Positions 41,321 to 50,281 of a stretch of 64,000 nucleotides of DNA are shown here, one piece after another. The notes under the pieces are model-generated. The model was given only the letters and a program-made list of their open reading frames with translations. It had not been told where the DNA came from and did not search any database. The position numbers and the translations under genes were made by a program. The stretch's first letter is position 1. The number at the start of each line of letters is the position of its first letter. The stretch is taken from positions 768,001 to 832,000 of the forward strand of contig OZ252243.1 of assembly GCA_965249555.1 (NCBI GenBank). The letters are read 5' to 3'. The DNA is from Nitrosopumilus sp. (GTDB lineage Archaea > Thermoproteota > Nitrososphaeria > Nitrososphaerales > Nitrosopumilaceae).

Positions 41321-41622
41321 TCAAACCTGTATGGGTTTGGTACTACCAAAGTACAATAAAGATAGAATTGATAAAGCAACAACAAATTTTCCAGTCTTTC
41401 CAAAAATTGCTTTTTTCATTTGCTTTTCAAAAATACTACCAATTTTTCCCAGTTTTCCTTTTTTGATTAAAATCAACAAGACTAGCCCCAATCCAGAAAT
41501 TAGACCAAAATTACCTAACCATTGATCAGAAACATATTCAACAAAAATTAATCTTAGAGGTAGAAATATTCCTAAAGAAATGCCATTACTATCAACTTCT
41601 CCTTAAAGTCATCCTTTTTCAT
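41321..41622 (-). pseudogene. Frameshifted, truncated membrane protein
   Basis: MKKDDFKEKLIVMA / ISLGIFLPLRLIFVEYVSDQWLGNFGLIS...LLYFGSTKPIQV*. Confidence 0.5.
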
Positions 41623-41714
41623 ATGCGCCTCTCCCAATTACTGTATAAGCTCATTTGGTTGAAACATTTCGAATGATTTCAACCCAGAAACCATATTATA
41701 CATAAACAAAGAAT

Positions 41715-42083
41715 ATGGACATTATGGAAGTCTTTGATGGTAAAAAAGCAGCTACTGATTACATGTCAAAGCATACTCTGGCATTTTCTACTCCAGAATT
41801 AACTCTAATGAGATTTGCATTTTGGTTAGGGGATTCAGTCCCAGATCCAAAAAATGAAGGAAAGGGAGTTCCAAGAATGATGACATTTTTGACAGAGCAA
41901 GATTTTGAACCTGTTTTAATTGATGATGACAAATATGAGCCATCAGGTGCAGTTCTAAATTCGGCAAATGTTGGAAATGCATACAGTGAAGCAAAGACAG
42001 ATGGAAAGTTTTGTCCTGAATGCGGCACAACTCTTTCAGCAACAGCAAAGTTCTGTCCTGAATGCGGTACAACTCAAGAATAA
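41715..42083 (+). CDS. Zinc-ribbon domain protein
   Basis: C-terminal FCPECG...AKFCPECG. Confidence 0.85.
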   Translation: MDIMEVFDGKKAATDYMSKHTLAFSTPELTLMRFAFWLGDSVPDPKNEGKGVPRMMTFLTEQDFEPVLIDDDKYEPSGAVLNSANVGNAYSEAKTDGKFCPECGTTLSATAKFCPECGTTQE

Positions 42084-42108
42084 GAAAATAGTTTTTTGAT
42101 TTTTAATT

Positions 42109-42648
42109 TTATGTTTTAGTTCCACACTTTGTGCAAAACTTTGCATTTGGTCTTAGTCCAGCACCACATGAAGAACATCCATTTCCACTAGGTTGTGTAA
42201 CATCTCTAGGTACCAAACGTGGATCGGGTGTTGGTAAAGTTCCAACGTCTCCAAATGATTCTTGTGCAGAAACAATTCCTGGCGGACCTCCAACTGGATT
42301 TTCTGCAGTTCCGGCTCTTGGTGGCATTCCCATTCCACCTGCCATACCTCCAGGGTTTCCCATTCCGGGCATCAAACCAGGAGACTGTGTACTTCCAGAA
42401 CCTGAACCCATTGCTTTTTTCATCTCAAATATTACTTTGATTGCTAGAAATTCTAATGCAGAATATGCCACTACGTAATCACCAAGTTTCTGGAAGAATT
42501 GTTTGTCACTTAGTTTACCTTTTTTGTACATATTGTTAGTATCTAGAAATGTTTCATAGTATCCTTGAGATTCATCAAACAAACTTTCTAGTTTTTCATA
42601 TAGCATGTTTAGTGTATCTACTTCACCAAATGACATGAACCTCCTCAA
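42109..42648 (-). CDS. Zinc-ribbon domain protein with G/P/M-rich linker
   Basis: Helical N-terminus; CSSCG...AKFCTKCG. Confidence 0.85.
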   Translation of the reverse strand: MRRFMSFGEVDTLNMLYEKLESLFDESQGYYETFLDTNNMYKKGKLSDKQFFQKLGDYVVAYSALEFLAIKVIFEMKKAMGSGSGSTQSPGLMPGMGNPGGMAGGMGMPPRAGTAENPVGGPPGIVSAQESFGDVGTLPTPDPRLVPRDVTQPSGNGCSSCGAGLRPNAKFCTKCGTKT

Positions 42649-42912
42649 TTTTTGGAATATTAATTACTTTAGGATCAAAATGTGGGCTAGCATTTGCTGT
42701 TTGCCTTTCTGCATTAGAATATCAATTGGATGTTAAACATGCTCAATAGGCTCAACACAGTAACAAGCTATCAATAAATCGATTTTTCTTATCAGAAGTA
42801 GGTTCAGCTAATTTATGAAAATGAAAATGTGTTTATTTTTTTTTGATTATTTTTACAATAATTAAGAAATTCAAGAATCAAAGTTATTTTTAATACTGTT
42901 TTTAGGATACTG

Positions 42913-43167
42913 ATGCCAGTGGATATTCGTCAAGACATCAATGATTTGGAAAATGATATTTTACAAGTAGAGGATAACATTGTAGAATTTTTGGGATTAA
43001 AGTATGATGAAGGAATTAAAAGATCACTTCATAAACTAGAATCGGATCTAAAATATCTCAGCATTCTTGCAAATGGCGCCCCAATTGATAAAAATGAAGA
43101 CATGAAGATTATGAATTTTTTGAGAACTCACTATAACTATCTGCGAAAATTATCGGTTCCTGCTTAG
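42913..43167 (+). CDS. Hypothetical helical protein
   Basis: 84-aa ORF with a TATA-like element upstream. Confidence 0.7.
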   Translation: MPVDIRQDINDLENDILQVEDNIVEFLGLKYDEGIKRSLHKLESDLKYLSILANGAPIDKNEDMKIMNFLRTHYNYLRKLSVPA

Positions 43168-43233
43168 TTCGTTAAACAATTATTCAGTTTTTTTATAGTT
43201 AAGCTTATCTAAAATGCATTTCTTGTAATGTAA

Positions 43234-43656
43234 ATGGACAAATCTTCTCACCAATCAAAAGACCTCTTTGGCGTATCTAAAAAAAATATTGACAGGTTTT
43301 TTAGTGAAGTTGAAAAGTCTTCTCCCAAATATCATCAATCAGTAGCAAAACTTCAGCAAGACTACATAGATGCATGGAAAACTGTGATTAATTCAGCTAT
43401 TTCTTTGGAACAAGAATATGCAGTCAAGGCAGGTTACAAGACAGATGTTCCTGAATCTGTTCTAAAAACAATTCGTGACATTACTGATTTCTCTCTTCAA
43501 GCATATGCCCATCAAAATAAAATCACCACAGATACAACAGAGGCAACAAAACAGGCGTTTAAGACATTTAATCAAAATACAAAATCGTTTGCAACTCTAA
43601 ACAAAGAGATCATGGGATACATCATGTCGGTATTTGAACAGAAAGTAAATACATAA
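43234..43656 (+). CDS. Hypothetical amphipathic helical protein
   Basis: 140-aa, apparently all-helical ORF. Confidence 0.75.
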   Translation: MDKSSHQSKDLFGVSKKNIDRFFSEVEKSSPKYHQSVAKLQQDYIDAWKTVINSAISLEQEYAVKAGYKTDVPESVLKTIRDITDFSLQAYAHQNKITTDTTEATKQAFKTFNQNTKSFATLNKEIMGYIMSVFEQKVNT

Positions 43657-43706
43657 TCTATTTTTAATGAATCTAGATCAAAAAATAGGAAAAACTATTT
43701 TAGAAC

Positions 43707-44033
43707 TTATGCAAGTGCTCTATCAATCATACTTTTGTATGATTCTTTAGAAGCAGCGCCTACTTGTTGGCTAACTATTTCACCTTTGTTAAGGATGATC
43801 AAAGTTGGAATACTAAAGACATTGTATTTTGATGCCAATTCATTGGCCTCATCAACATTAACCTTGACAAATTTTACTTTGCCATCATAGTCATTTGCCA
43901 ATTCTTCAACTACTGGACTTACCATTCTACATGGACCACACCATTCAGCCCAAAAGTCTACAAATACAGGAATGTCAGAATTTATCACGTCGACTTCCCA
44001 AGACTTTGCATCTGAAACTTGTGTAACTGCCAT
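43707..44033 (-). CDS. trxA: Thioredoxin
   Basis: VDFWAEWCGPCR, SIPTL. Confidence 0.96.
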   Translation of the reverse strand: MAVTQVSDAKSWEVDVINSDIPVFVDFWAEWCGPCRMVSPVVEELANDYDGKVKFVKVNVDEANELASKYNVFSIPTLIILNKGEIVSQQVGAASKESYKSMIDRALA

Positions 44034-44148
44034 TGTACTGATACTTTATTGACCGTACCTAAAAACGTTCACCAGAATTAACACCATATTTTTTGTTGGA
44101 AAATTAATTTTGGTATATATTTAAATGACGTTTTAATAAAATTCAGAC

Positions 44149-44883
44149 ATGAGTTCAGAGCTTAGACTTAAAAAATTAAGAGGTTCCGGAGGATATGTTA
44201 TGGCTACAGTTACTGATGAACAACAGATGAAAGGAAATCTAGGAGGTCCTGATCTGTTTTTAGCGCCAATAGGCAGATTAGATGTAGCAAAAATCACTAA
44301 ATATTTTTGCAATACCTGTGAAAAAGAATTTGAAGGTCCTCCAAAAATAGAATTTGAGAATCCCAATGAAGAAGTTGCAGAGAATCTAGTTCTTGCAGAA
44401 AAAGGACAGTACATATGCAATTCATGTAATGCCTCAATTGCAGAATACAGAGAATTCAAAAAACAAGACGAAGCAGGAGAAATTGGTAGCGCAAAACCAA
44501 TAGTTGAAAATACACCACCACAAGTTGAAAGTGCACCACAAGTTGTAGAACCTGCAGCACAAACTCCACAGGAAACAGTTACACAACCAGGTCCAGTAAC
44601 TTCGGTCAGTTCAATTGAAGGAAGAACAGTATATGATGAAAATGCTAACAAGATCGGAGTTGCAAAACAAGTAGGTATTGATTCTACACAATCAATGGTT
44701 CTAGTATTAACTAAAAATGACGGTACAGAAGGTAGCATTCCATGGAATGGTATCAAAAAGATTGGGGAAGTGATTCTTTTAGGAAACCCAGAATCTGTCA
44801 CTCAGCCAGGAAAATGCTCTAATTGTGGATTTGGAAATAAAGAGGGTTCAAAATTCTGTGAAGAGTGTGGGACCCAGCTCTAA
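44149..44883 (+). CDS. Zinc-ribbon + PRC-barrel-like + zinc-ribbon protein
   Basis: FCNTC...YICNSC; IEGRTVYDENANKIG...IPWNGIKKIGEVILL; CSNCG..KFCEECG. Confidence 0.8.
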   Translation: MSSELRLKKLRGSGGYVMATVTDEQQMKGNLGGPDLFLAPIGRLDVAKITKYFCNTCEKEFEGPPKIEFENPNEEVAENLVLAEKGQYICNSCNASIAEYREFKKQDEAGEIGSAKPIVENTPPQVESAPQVVEPAAQTPQETVTQPGPVTSVSSIEGRTVYDENANKIGVAKQVGIDSTQSMVLVLTKNDGTEGSIPWNGIKKIGEVILLGNPESVTQPGKCSNCGFGNKEGSKFCEECGTQL

Positions 44884-44924
44884 TAGCTAACAAATTTAAT
44901 CAATGAAAATAGGTGATGATATAA

Positions 44925-45650
44925 TTGGTAAAATCGATCTCAAAAGGAGTTATCAAAGATATCGTTATCGTTGGTGTAGGAGTTTTAGTAATTTGGATAG
45001 GTCTACAAGTAGCATTTGGAACACAAAATCCATTTTATGTAGTTGCAAGTGGAAGTATGATTCCAGAATTAGAAGTATATGATGTCTTGATAGTTCAAGG
45101 ACATGAGCCTTTTGAAGATATTGAGACAGGGGACATTATTGTGTTTAATCGGCCATCAGACCATAACAGAGTAATTGTACATAGAGTAGTATCAATAATT
45201 AGTGATGATCCAAAAGAGATTAGAACAAAAGGAGATGCAAATCCAGCATCAATTCCTGGAACTGACTTTCCAATTACTGAAGAGGAATACATAGGAAAAG
45301 TAGTGTACACGCTTCCACAAGTAGGATATGTTACGCAGTTACTAAAACCACCAATCAACTACATCATAATTGCAGTTGTAATTGGAGTAATGATTGTAAA
45401 ACAGATTACAAAGAAGAAGAGAGAAGAAGAGACTATACTCTCAGATCCATTAGATTCAGAAAATCCAGATACAGTTGAAGAATTATCAGACATTGATAAA
45501 ATAGAAAAAGATTCTGAATATTCTGAACATGTAGAAAAATCAGAGGTTACAGAAGAGGAAAAAGTCGAGTCTGATGAAGAATCTAAATTAGATTCGGATG
45601 AAACGCCCAAAAAAGATGATAAAACATCTGAGAAAGACAACAAAGAGTAA
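44925..45650 (+). CDS. Signal peptidase I (Sec11/S26B type) with acidic tail
   Basis: VASGSMIP, GDIIVF, IVHRV, TKGDAN. Confidence 0.93.
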   Translation: MVKSISKGVIKDIVIVGVGVLVIWIGLQVAFGTQNPFYVVASGSMIPELEVYDVLIVQGHEPFEDIETGDIIVFNRPSDHNRVIVHRVVSIISDDPKEIRTKGDANPASIPGTDFPITEEEYIGKVVYTLPQVGYVTQLLKPPINYIIIAVVIGVMIVKQITKKKREEETILSDPLDSENPDTVEELSDIDKIEKDSEYSEHVEKSEVTEEEKVESDEESKLDSDETPKKDDKTSEKDNKE

Positions 45651-45871
45651 ATTCAGTTTAATTCAAGCAAACAGGTTCACATTATGCGTAGATGAAAGCA
45701 CTAGATCGTCCTGTTTGCTTGGTGATGTTAATTACGTAAAATTTACTAAAAAAGGATTCGGATAAATTGCTAGTTTCAAGAGTAGAATCATTTATGAACT
45801 ACCTGTAATGTTAATTTTAAAATCTATAGTTTTGTATAGTTTAGTGCGTATTTCATTAAAATCCCAATTAT

Positions 45872-46132
45872 CTAATGAGCACATGCAATTTCAGATAACT
45901 TGCGGATATGACTAGTATCGTTTTTTGCTGCCAAGTTTAGTGCTTCTTGCATTTTATTTTTGATTTCATCAAAGTCTTTTTGTTCCTCTTTGATTACCTC
46001 GCATTCTGCGACAATTGGCAAGTCTCTAAAGTTCTGAAACTGCACATATGTCACAACACAGGTATAGTATTTTTTGTCTTCCTTGAATTTGTACCTAACT
46101 TTAACTGGCATACCATTTTCAATGTAATTCAA
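45872..46132 (-). CDS. Hypothetical protein (start may be at MPVKV)
   Basis: 86-aa protein-like ORF downstream of the dehydratase gene. Confidence 0.65.
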   Translation of the reverse strand: MNYIENGMPVKVRYKFKEDKKYYTCVVTYVQFQNFRDLPIVAECEVIKEEQKDFDEIKNKMQEALNLAAKNDTSHIRKLSEIACAH

Positions 46133-46259
46133 TTATGAGATTAAATACTGTTAGTTAGAAAAATAAATAACATCCTTATGATCGCTATGCTGTTTTTAAT
46201 AATTTGATCTCACCAAATTGTATTACAAATTTAATGACCCATTTCAGAAATTTTAAAAT

Positions 46260-47786
46260 CTATAAAATGGAATCTTTTGTTTGAAATATTCGTTTAAAGT
46301 AATCAGAAGGTTCTGATGGTTCTTCAATATCATTTGTAATACCAGCTAGTTTCTTTGCAAGATTCTTTTTGTAACCAATCTGCATCTGTCTCTGAATCTG
46401 AATTCTTTGTGCTTGTGGGGAACCAGCACCATGCATAGATTCTGTAAGATATCCCACAGAATTTCTACCAAGTGTCATGTTTTCAATTAGTCTAAGAATT
46501 CTCATTCTGTTTTCAACATCAACTCCTTTTCTTCCCACAAGGAATCTTTTCAGTAGTGGACCAGCCACTGGATGTCTAAAGTCCTTTTCAGATGGAAGAG
46601 TCACTACTAATCCACCTGCAATGTCTTGTGCAAGTCTACTAATCTCATATGGGAATCGAGTTACATTGTGTTTGCAAACTTGTGCAAGCATATCCTCATT
46701 AATATATACGCCTGATTTCATCTTGTGTGCTAGGTAAGAGGATGCTATTCCTGCAGCAAAGATTGATTCATTAAGATGAGTCATCTCAACAATTTTGTCT
46801 TTGATGTGAGATACCTTTGGCACTCCATTATAGTCAGCAATCGTTGCTGCAGCACCAATGAGTACGTCACCAAGTCCTGTTTTGCATACATAACTACGTC
46901 TATGATAACAAGTAAAACGCTCAATCAGCATAGATGCAAACTCATATTCCCCATGCATGAAGACTTTGTCCCATGGGATAAACACTCTTTCTAAAATCAT
47001 CAAGGCCTCTTGCCCACCATATTTTGCATTACCATCATCAATGTCACCTTCTTCCATGCTTCTAGTGTCACAAGACTGTCGACCATAGATGTAAGTGACT
47101 CCTTTTGCATCTGCTGGAATTACACCAACAAATGCCCAGTCTTTGTCACTTTCTGTTAGTCTAACTGTTGGCATCAAAATTATCCAATGTGAATTTATAC
47201 AACCAGTTTGGTGTGCTTTTGCACCAGATACATAGATTCCTTTATCATCTGTCTCTACTACTCTAGTAAACATGTCTGGATCATCTTGTTCTGATGGTCC
47301 TTTACTTCTATCACCTTTAGGATCAGTCATTGCGCCACCAATTACAAGATTTTCTTGTTGAACCATTTTTACAAATTCTAAGAATCTTTTATGATAGTCT
47401 GTTCCATGTTTCTCATCTATTTCAAAAGTTACAGAGTGTAAAGAATTCAATGCATCCATTCCAACACATCTCTGGAAACATGTTCCAGTGTTTTGTCCTA
47501 GTGTTCTCTGCATTTTATTTTGTAAAACTAAATCTTGTGCACTTTCTGCAATGTGTAAAAATCTGTTAACTTTCAATCCAGTAATTGATGAATCAGCTGT
47601 AGCCAGAGATTCTTCACGCACTGCAAGATCATAAGTTTCTGCAACTGCGTTAATTGATGGTCTAATCATCGGATGATCTACTGGCTCTTTTACTAGTTCT
47701 CCAAATAGGTAAACTGTAAGATCACGGCCTCGAAGACTTTCAATATAATCATCACCTGTTCTAATTGTCTTTAAGACATTAGCCAT
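46260..47786 (-). CDS. abfD: 4-hydroxybutyryl-CoA dehydratase (3HP/4HB cycle)
   Basis: GTCFQRCVGMD, MTDPKGDRS, GAKAHQTG, HRRSYVCK, ESMHGAGSPQAQ. Confidence 0.95.
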   Translation of the reverse strand: MANVLKTIRTGDDYIESLRGRDLTVYLFGELVKEPVDHPMIRPSINAVAETYDLAVREESLATADSSITGLKVNRFLHIAESAQDLVLQNKMQRTLGQNTGTCFQRCVGMDALNSLHSVTFEIDEKHGTDYHKRFLEFVKMVQQENLVIGGAMTDPKGDRSKGPSEQDDPDMFTRVVETDDKGIYVSGAKAHQTGCINSHWIILMPTVRLTESDKDWAFVGVIPADAKGVTYIYGRQSCDTRSMEEGDIDDGNAKYGGQEALMILERVFIPWDKVFMHGEYEFASMLIERFTCYHRRSYVCKTGLGDVLIGAAATIADYNGVPKVSHIKDKIVEMTHLNESIFAAGIASSYLAHKMKSGVYINEDMLAQVCKHNVTRFPYEISRLAQDIAGGLVVTLPSEKDFRHPVAGPLLKRFLVGRKGVDVENRMRILRLIENMTLGRNSVGYLTESMHGAGSPQAQRIQIQRQMQIGYKKNLAKKLAGITNDIEEPSEPSDYFKRIFQTKDSIL

Positions 47787-47859
47787 GTAACAATATTCGT
47801 CTTTATGATGTATAAATATTCTAGAGAAAAATGAGTGAAAATTTAGGAATGAATTGTTA

Positions 47860-49956
47860 TCAGAGGCCTATTCTGACATCTAGAATGCGACAGCCCTTAC
47901 CCTCCTCCATTACTAGTACAGGGTTCATGTCTAATTCTTTGATCTCTGCAAAGTCAGAAACTAGTTGAGATAGTCTCTGAATGCATTCAGAGAGTTTTGA
48001 TATGTCTGAAGGTTTTTCGCCTCTTACACCAAGGAGTATTTTTTGGGTCTTTATTGATGCTATCATGTCGTCTGCTTCCTTGTCAGTTACAGGTGCTATC
48101 TTGAATGTAACATCCTTGAGAACTTCGACATAGATTCCTCCCATTCCAAGCATGATTACTGGACCAAATCCAGGCTCGAGTTTTGAGCCAATGATTAGTT
48201 CTTTTCCACCTTTTACCATCTCTACAATCAAGACACCTTTAATCTCAGCTTTCTTGTTGTAGTTTTTGGCATTTTTGATAATTGTTTTGTATGCATCTTT
48301 GATCTCAGAATCATTTGTCAAGTTTACTTTAACACCACCAGCATCAGACTTGTGAACAATCTGAGGTGATGCAATCTTCATTACAACTGGATAACCAATC
48401 TTCTTGGCAATTTTTACTGCTTCAGTTTCTGTTGCAGCAAGTGCACTTGAAGGTAGCGGCAATCCATATGCTTTAAGAACTTCTTGTCCTTCTTCTTCTA
48501 GAAGATTTGGTCGTTTCTCTTTTTTTACCTTGTCAAAGATTTTTTGTGCTTTTGCTTTGTTTACTTTGAATTTAGTGATTTTCCCAGTAGGAGATTTTAT
48601 CCAGTTAGAAAATCTAGTCATTGCTGCAAGAGTTCTGATTGCACCTTCTGCATATGTATAATATGGAACATTTCCAGCAGCTAAAATTTCTCTATTGGTA
48701 ATTCCTTCATCTAATCCCATCAAACTTGCAAGCATTGTCTTTTTGTATTTCTTTGACATTTCAACAATAACTTCTGCAAGTTTATCATAATCTAGAGTTC
48801 CAGAAGGAGTACACATTGTAATTACAGAGCCAACTTTTGGATGTTTGAGAACGCGGTCCAAAACATTATCGAATCGGTTAAAATCAGCATCACCAACAAT
48901 GTCAACAGGATTTCGAGAGCTGCCCCAAGGTGGAATTACCTGGTCAATCTTTTTTCTAACACTTGTAATATCTGCCATCTTGATTTTAGCCTTTGAGCAT
49001 GCATCAGTTGAGATGATTGCAGGGCCACCTGCATTTGAAACAATTACAAGATCGCCATCTGATGGTAGTGGTTGTTTTGAAAATGCTGTTGCATAATCAA
49101 AGAGTTCTTCCATGGTATCAACTCTGATTGCACCAGATTGTTTTAGCAAAGCATCATAGATTTCATCTGAGCCCATCAAGGCTCCTGTATGAGACATTGC
49201 AGCTTTTGCGCCTTCAGGGCTACGTCCAGATTTGAGAACAAGAACTGGTTTTTTGAGTTTTTTAGTAATATTTTTACAAACTTTCAGGAATTCTTGACCA
49301 TCACCCATGTCTTCAAGATACATTACAATAACTTCGGTTTGTTTATGATTTGCAAGTGTCTTTAGAACATCAACTTCACTCATTACAGCTTTGTTTCCAA
49401 GACTAACCACTGCAGAGAAACCTATTCCTTGAGCACTAGCGTCTTCGACTAATGCAGCACATATTGCACCACTCTGAGATATGAGTGCAATCTTTCCAGA
49501 TTTTGGTGTAATTTTAAGAAAAGTAGAATTCATCATTGTCTTTGGATCAAGATTCATGACACCAAGACAGTTTGGTCCAATGACTTCTATGTGATATTTT
49601 TTAGCTATATCCTTGATTTCTTGTTCACGTTTTGCACCTTCTTCATCAACTTCTTTGAAACCAGCTGTGATGATAATGACGCCTTTGATTTTTTTCTTGC
49701 CACATTCTTCTAACACTTGTGCAACCAGTGTATTTTTGATAACAATAACTGCAAGATCAATTGGTTTTGGAACATCCAAGACACTCTTGTATGCTTTTTT
49801 GTAAAAGACTGTATCTCTTGAAGGACTAATTGGATAAACAGTTCCTGTAAAACCATTCATAATGTTTGAGGTTATGGTAGCTCCAACACTTCCTCTCTTG
49901 TCAGATGCACCAATTACTGCAATGGATTTTGGTGATAAAAAGACAGATTCTGCCAT
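47860..49956 (-). CDS. ADP-forming acyl-CoA ligase; likely 4-hydroxybutyrate-CoA ligase
   Basis: PKSIAVIGAS, GPNCLG, SHTGAL, NPVDIVGDA, HKSDAGGV ATP-grasp; adjacent to the dehydratase as in Nitrosopumilus. Confidence 0.88.
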   Translation of the reverse strand: MAESVFLSPKSIAVIGASDKRGSVGATITSNIMNGFTGTVYPISPSRDTVFYKKAYKSVLDVPKPIDLAVIVIKNTLVAQVLEECGKKKIKGVIIITAGFKEVDEEGAKREQEIKDIAKKYHIEVIGPNCLGVMNLDPKTMMNSTFLKITPKSGKIALISQSGAICAALVEDASAQGIGFSAVVSLGNKAVMSEVDVLKTLANHKQTEVIVMYLEDMGDGQEFLKVCKNITKKLKKPVLVLKSGRSPEGAKAAMSHTGALMGSDEIYDALLKQSGAIRVDTMEELFDYATAFSKQPLPSDGDLVIVSNAGGPAIISTDACSKAKIKMADITSVRKKIDQVIPPWGSSRNPVDIVGDADFNRFDNVLDRVLKHPKVGSVITMCTPSGTLDYDKLAEVIVEMSKKYKKTMLASLMGLDEGITNREILAAGNVPYYTYAEGAIRTLAAMTRFSNWIKSPTGKITKFKVNKAKAQKIFDKVKKEKRPNLLEEEGQEVLKAYGLPLPSSALAATETEAVKIAKKIGYPVVMKIASPQIVHKSDAGGVKVNLTNDSEIKDAYKTIIKNAKNYNKKAEIKGVLIVEMVKGGKELIIGSKLEPGFGPVIMLGMGGIYVEVLKDVTFKIAPVTDKEADDMIASIKTQKILLGVRGEKPSDISKLSECIQRLSQLVSDFAEIKELDMNPVLVMEEGKGCRILDVRIGL

Positions 49957-50018
49957 GTAAGTTGGATCAAAGGATTTTACATAATAAAGTTATTCATATA
50001 AATTTCTGATCTGTGATT

Positions 50019-50105
50019 TTAGCTTCCCAACATTTTTCCTGCTAGATTCTCTTTTCTTGGAATCCATACTATTGAGAGATTAGAAAATTTTCCCATAATG
50101 CCCCA
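50019..50105 (-). pseudogene. rnhA: RNase HI-like gene, C-terminal fragment
   Basis: Reads WGIMGKFSNLSIVWIPRKENLAGKMLGS* (W-I-P-R-x-x-N-x-A motif). Confidence 0.85.
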
Positions 50106-50281
50106 GCAACTGAGACTGCAGCTCTTTTGGTGGTAATGTTGAGTTGCAACCACAAGAGAATAACACACTATACAGATGGCACAAGAAAAGTAAAGGGACT
50201 AAAGGGAATGCCTATTCTGTTGATTAGGGTTTCACCGTCTTCAAGCAGACTAATATACTTAATCGATCGGGATCAATCAAA

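Noticed and set aside
46260-49956. 3HP/4HB carbon-fixation gene pair as a novelty
   Set aside because: Well-known core feature of ammonia-oxidising archaea; used only for taxonomic placement
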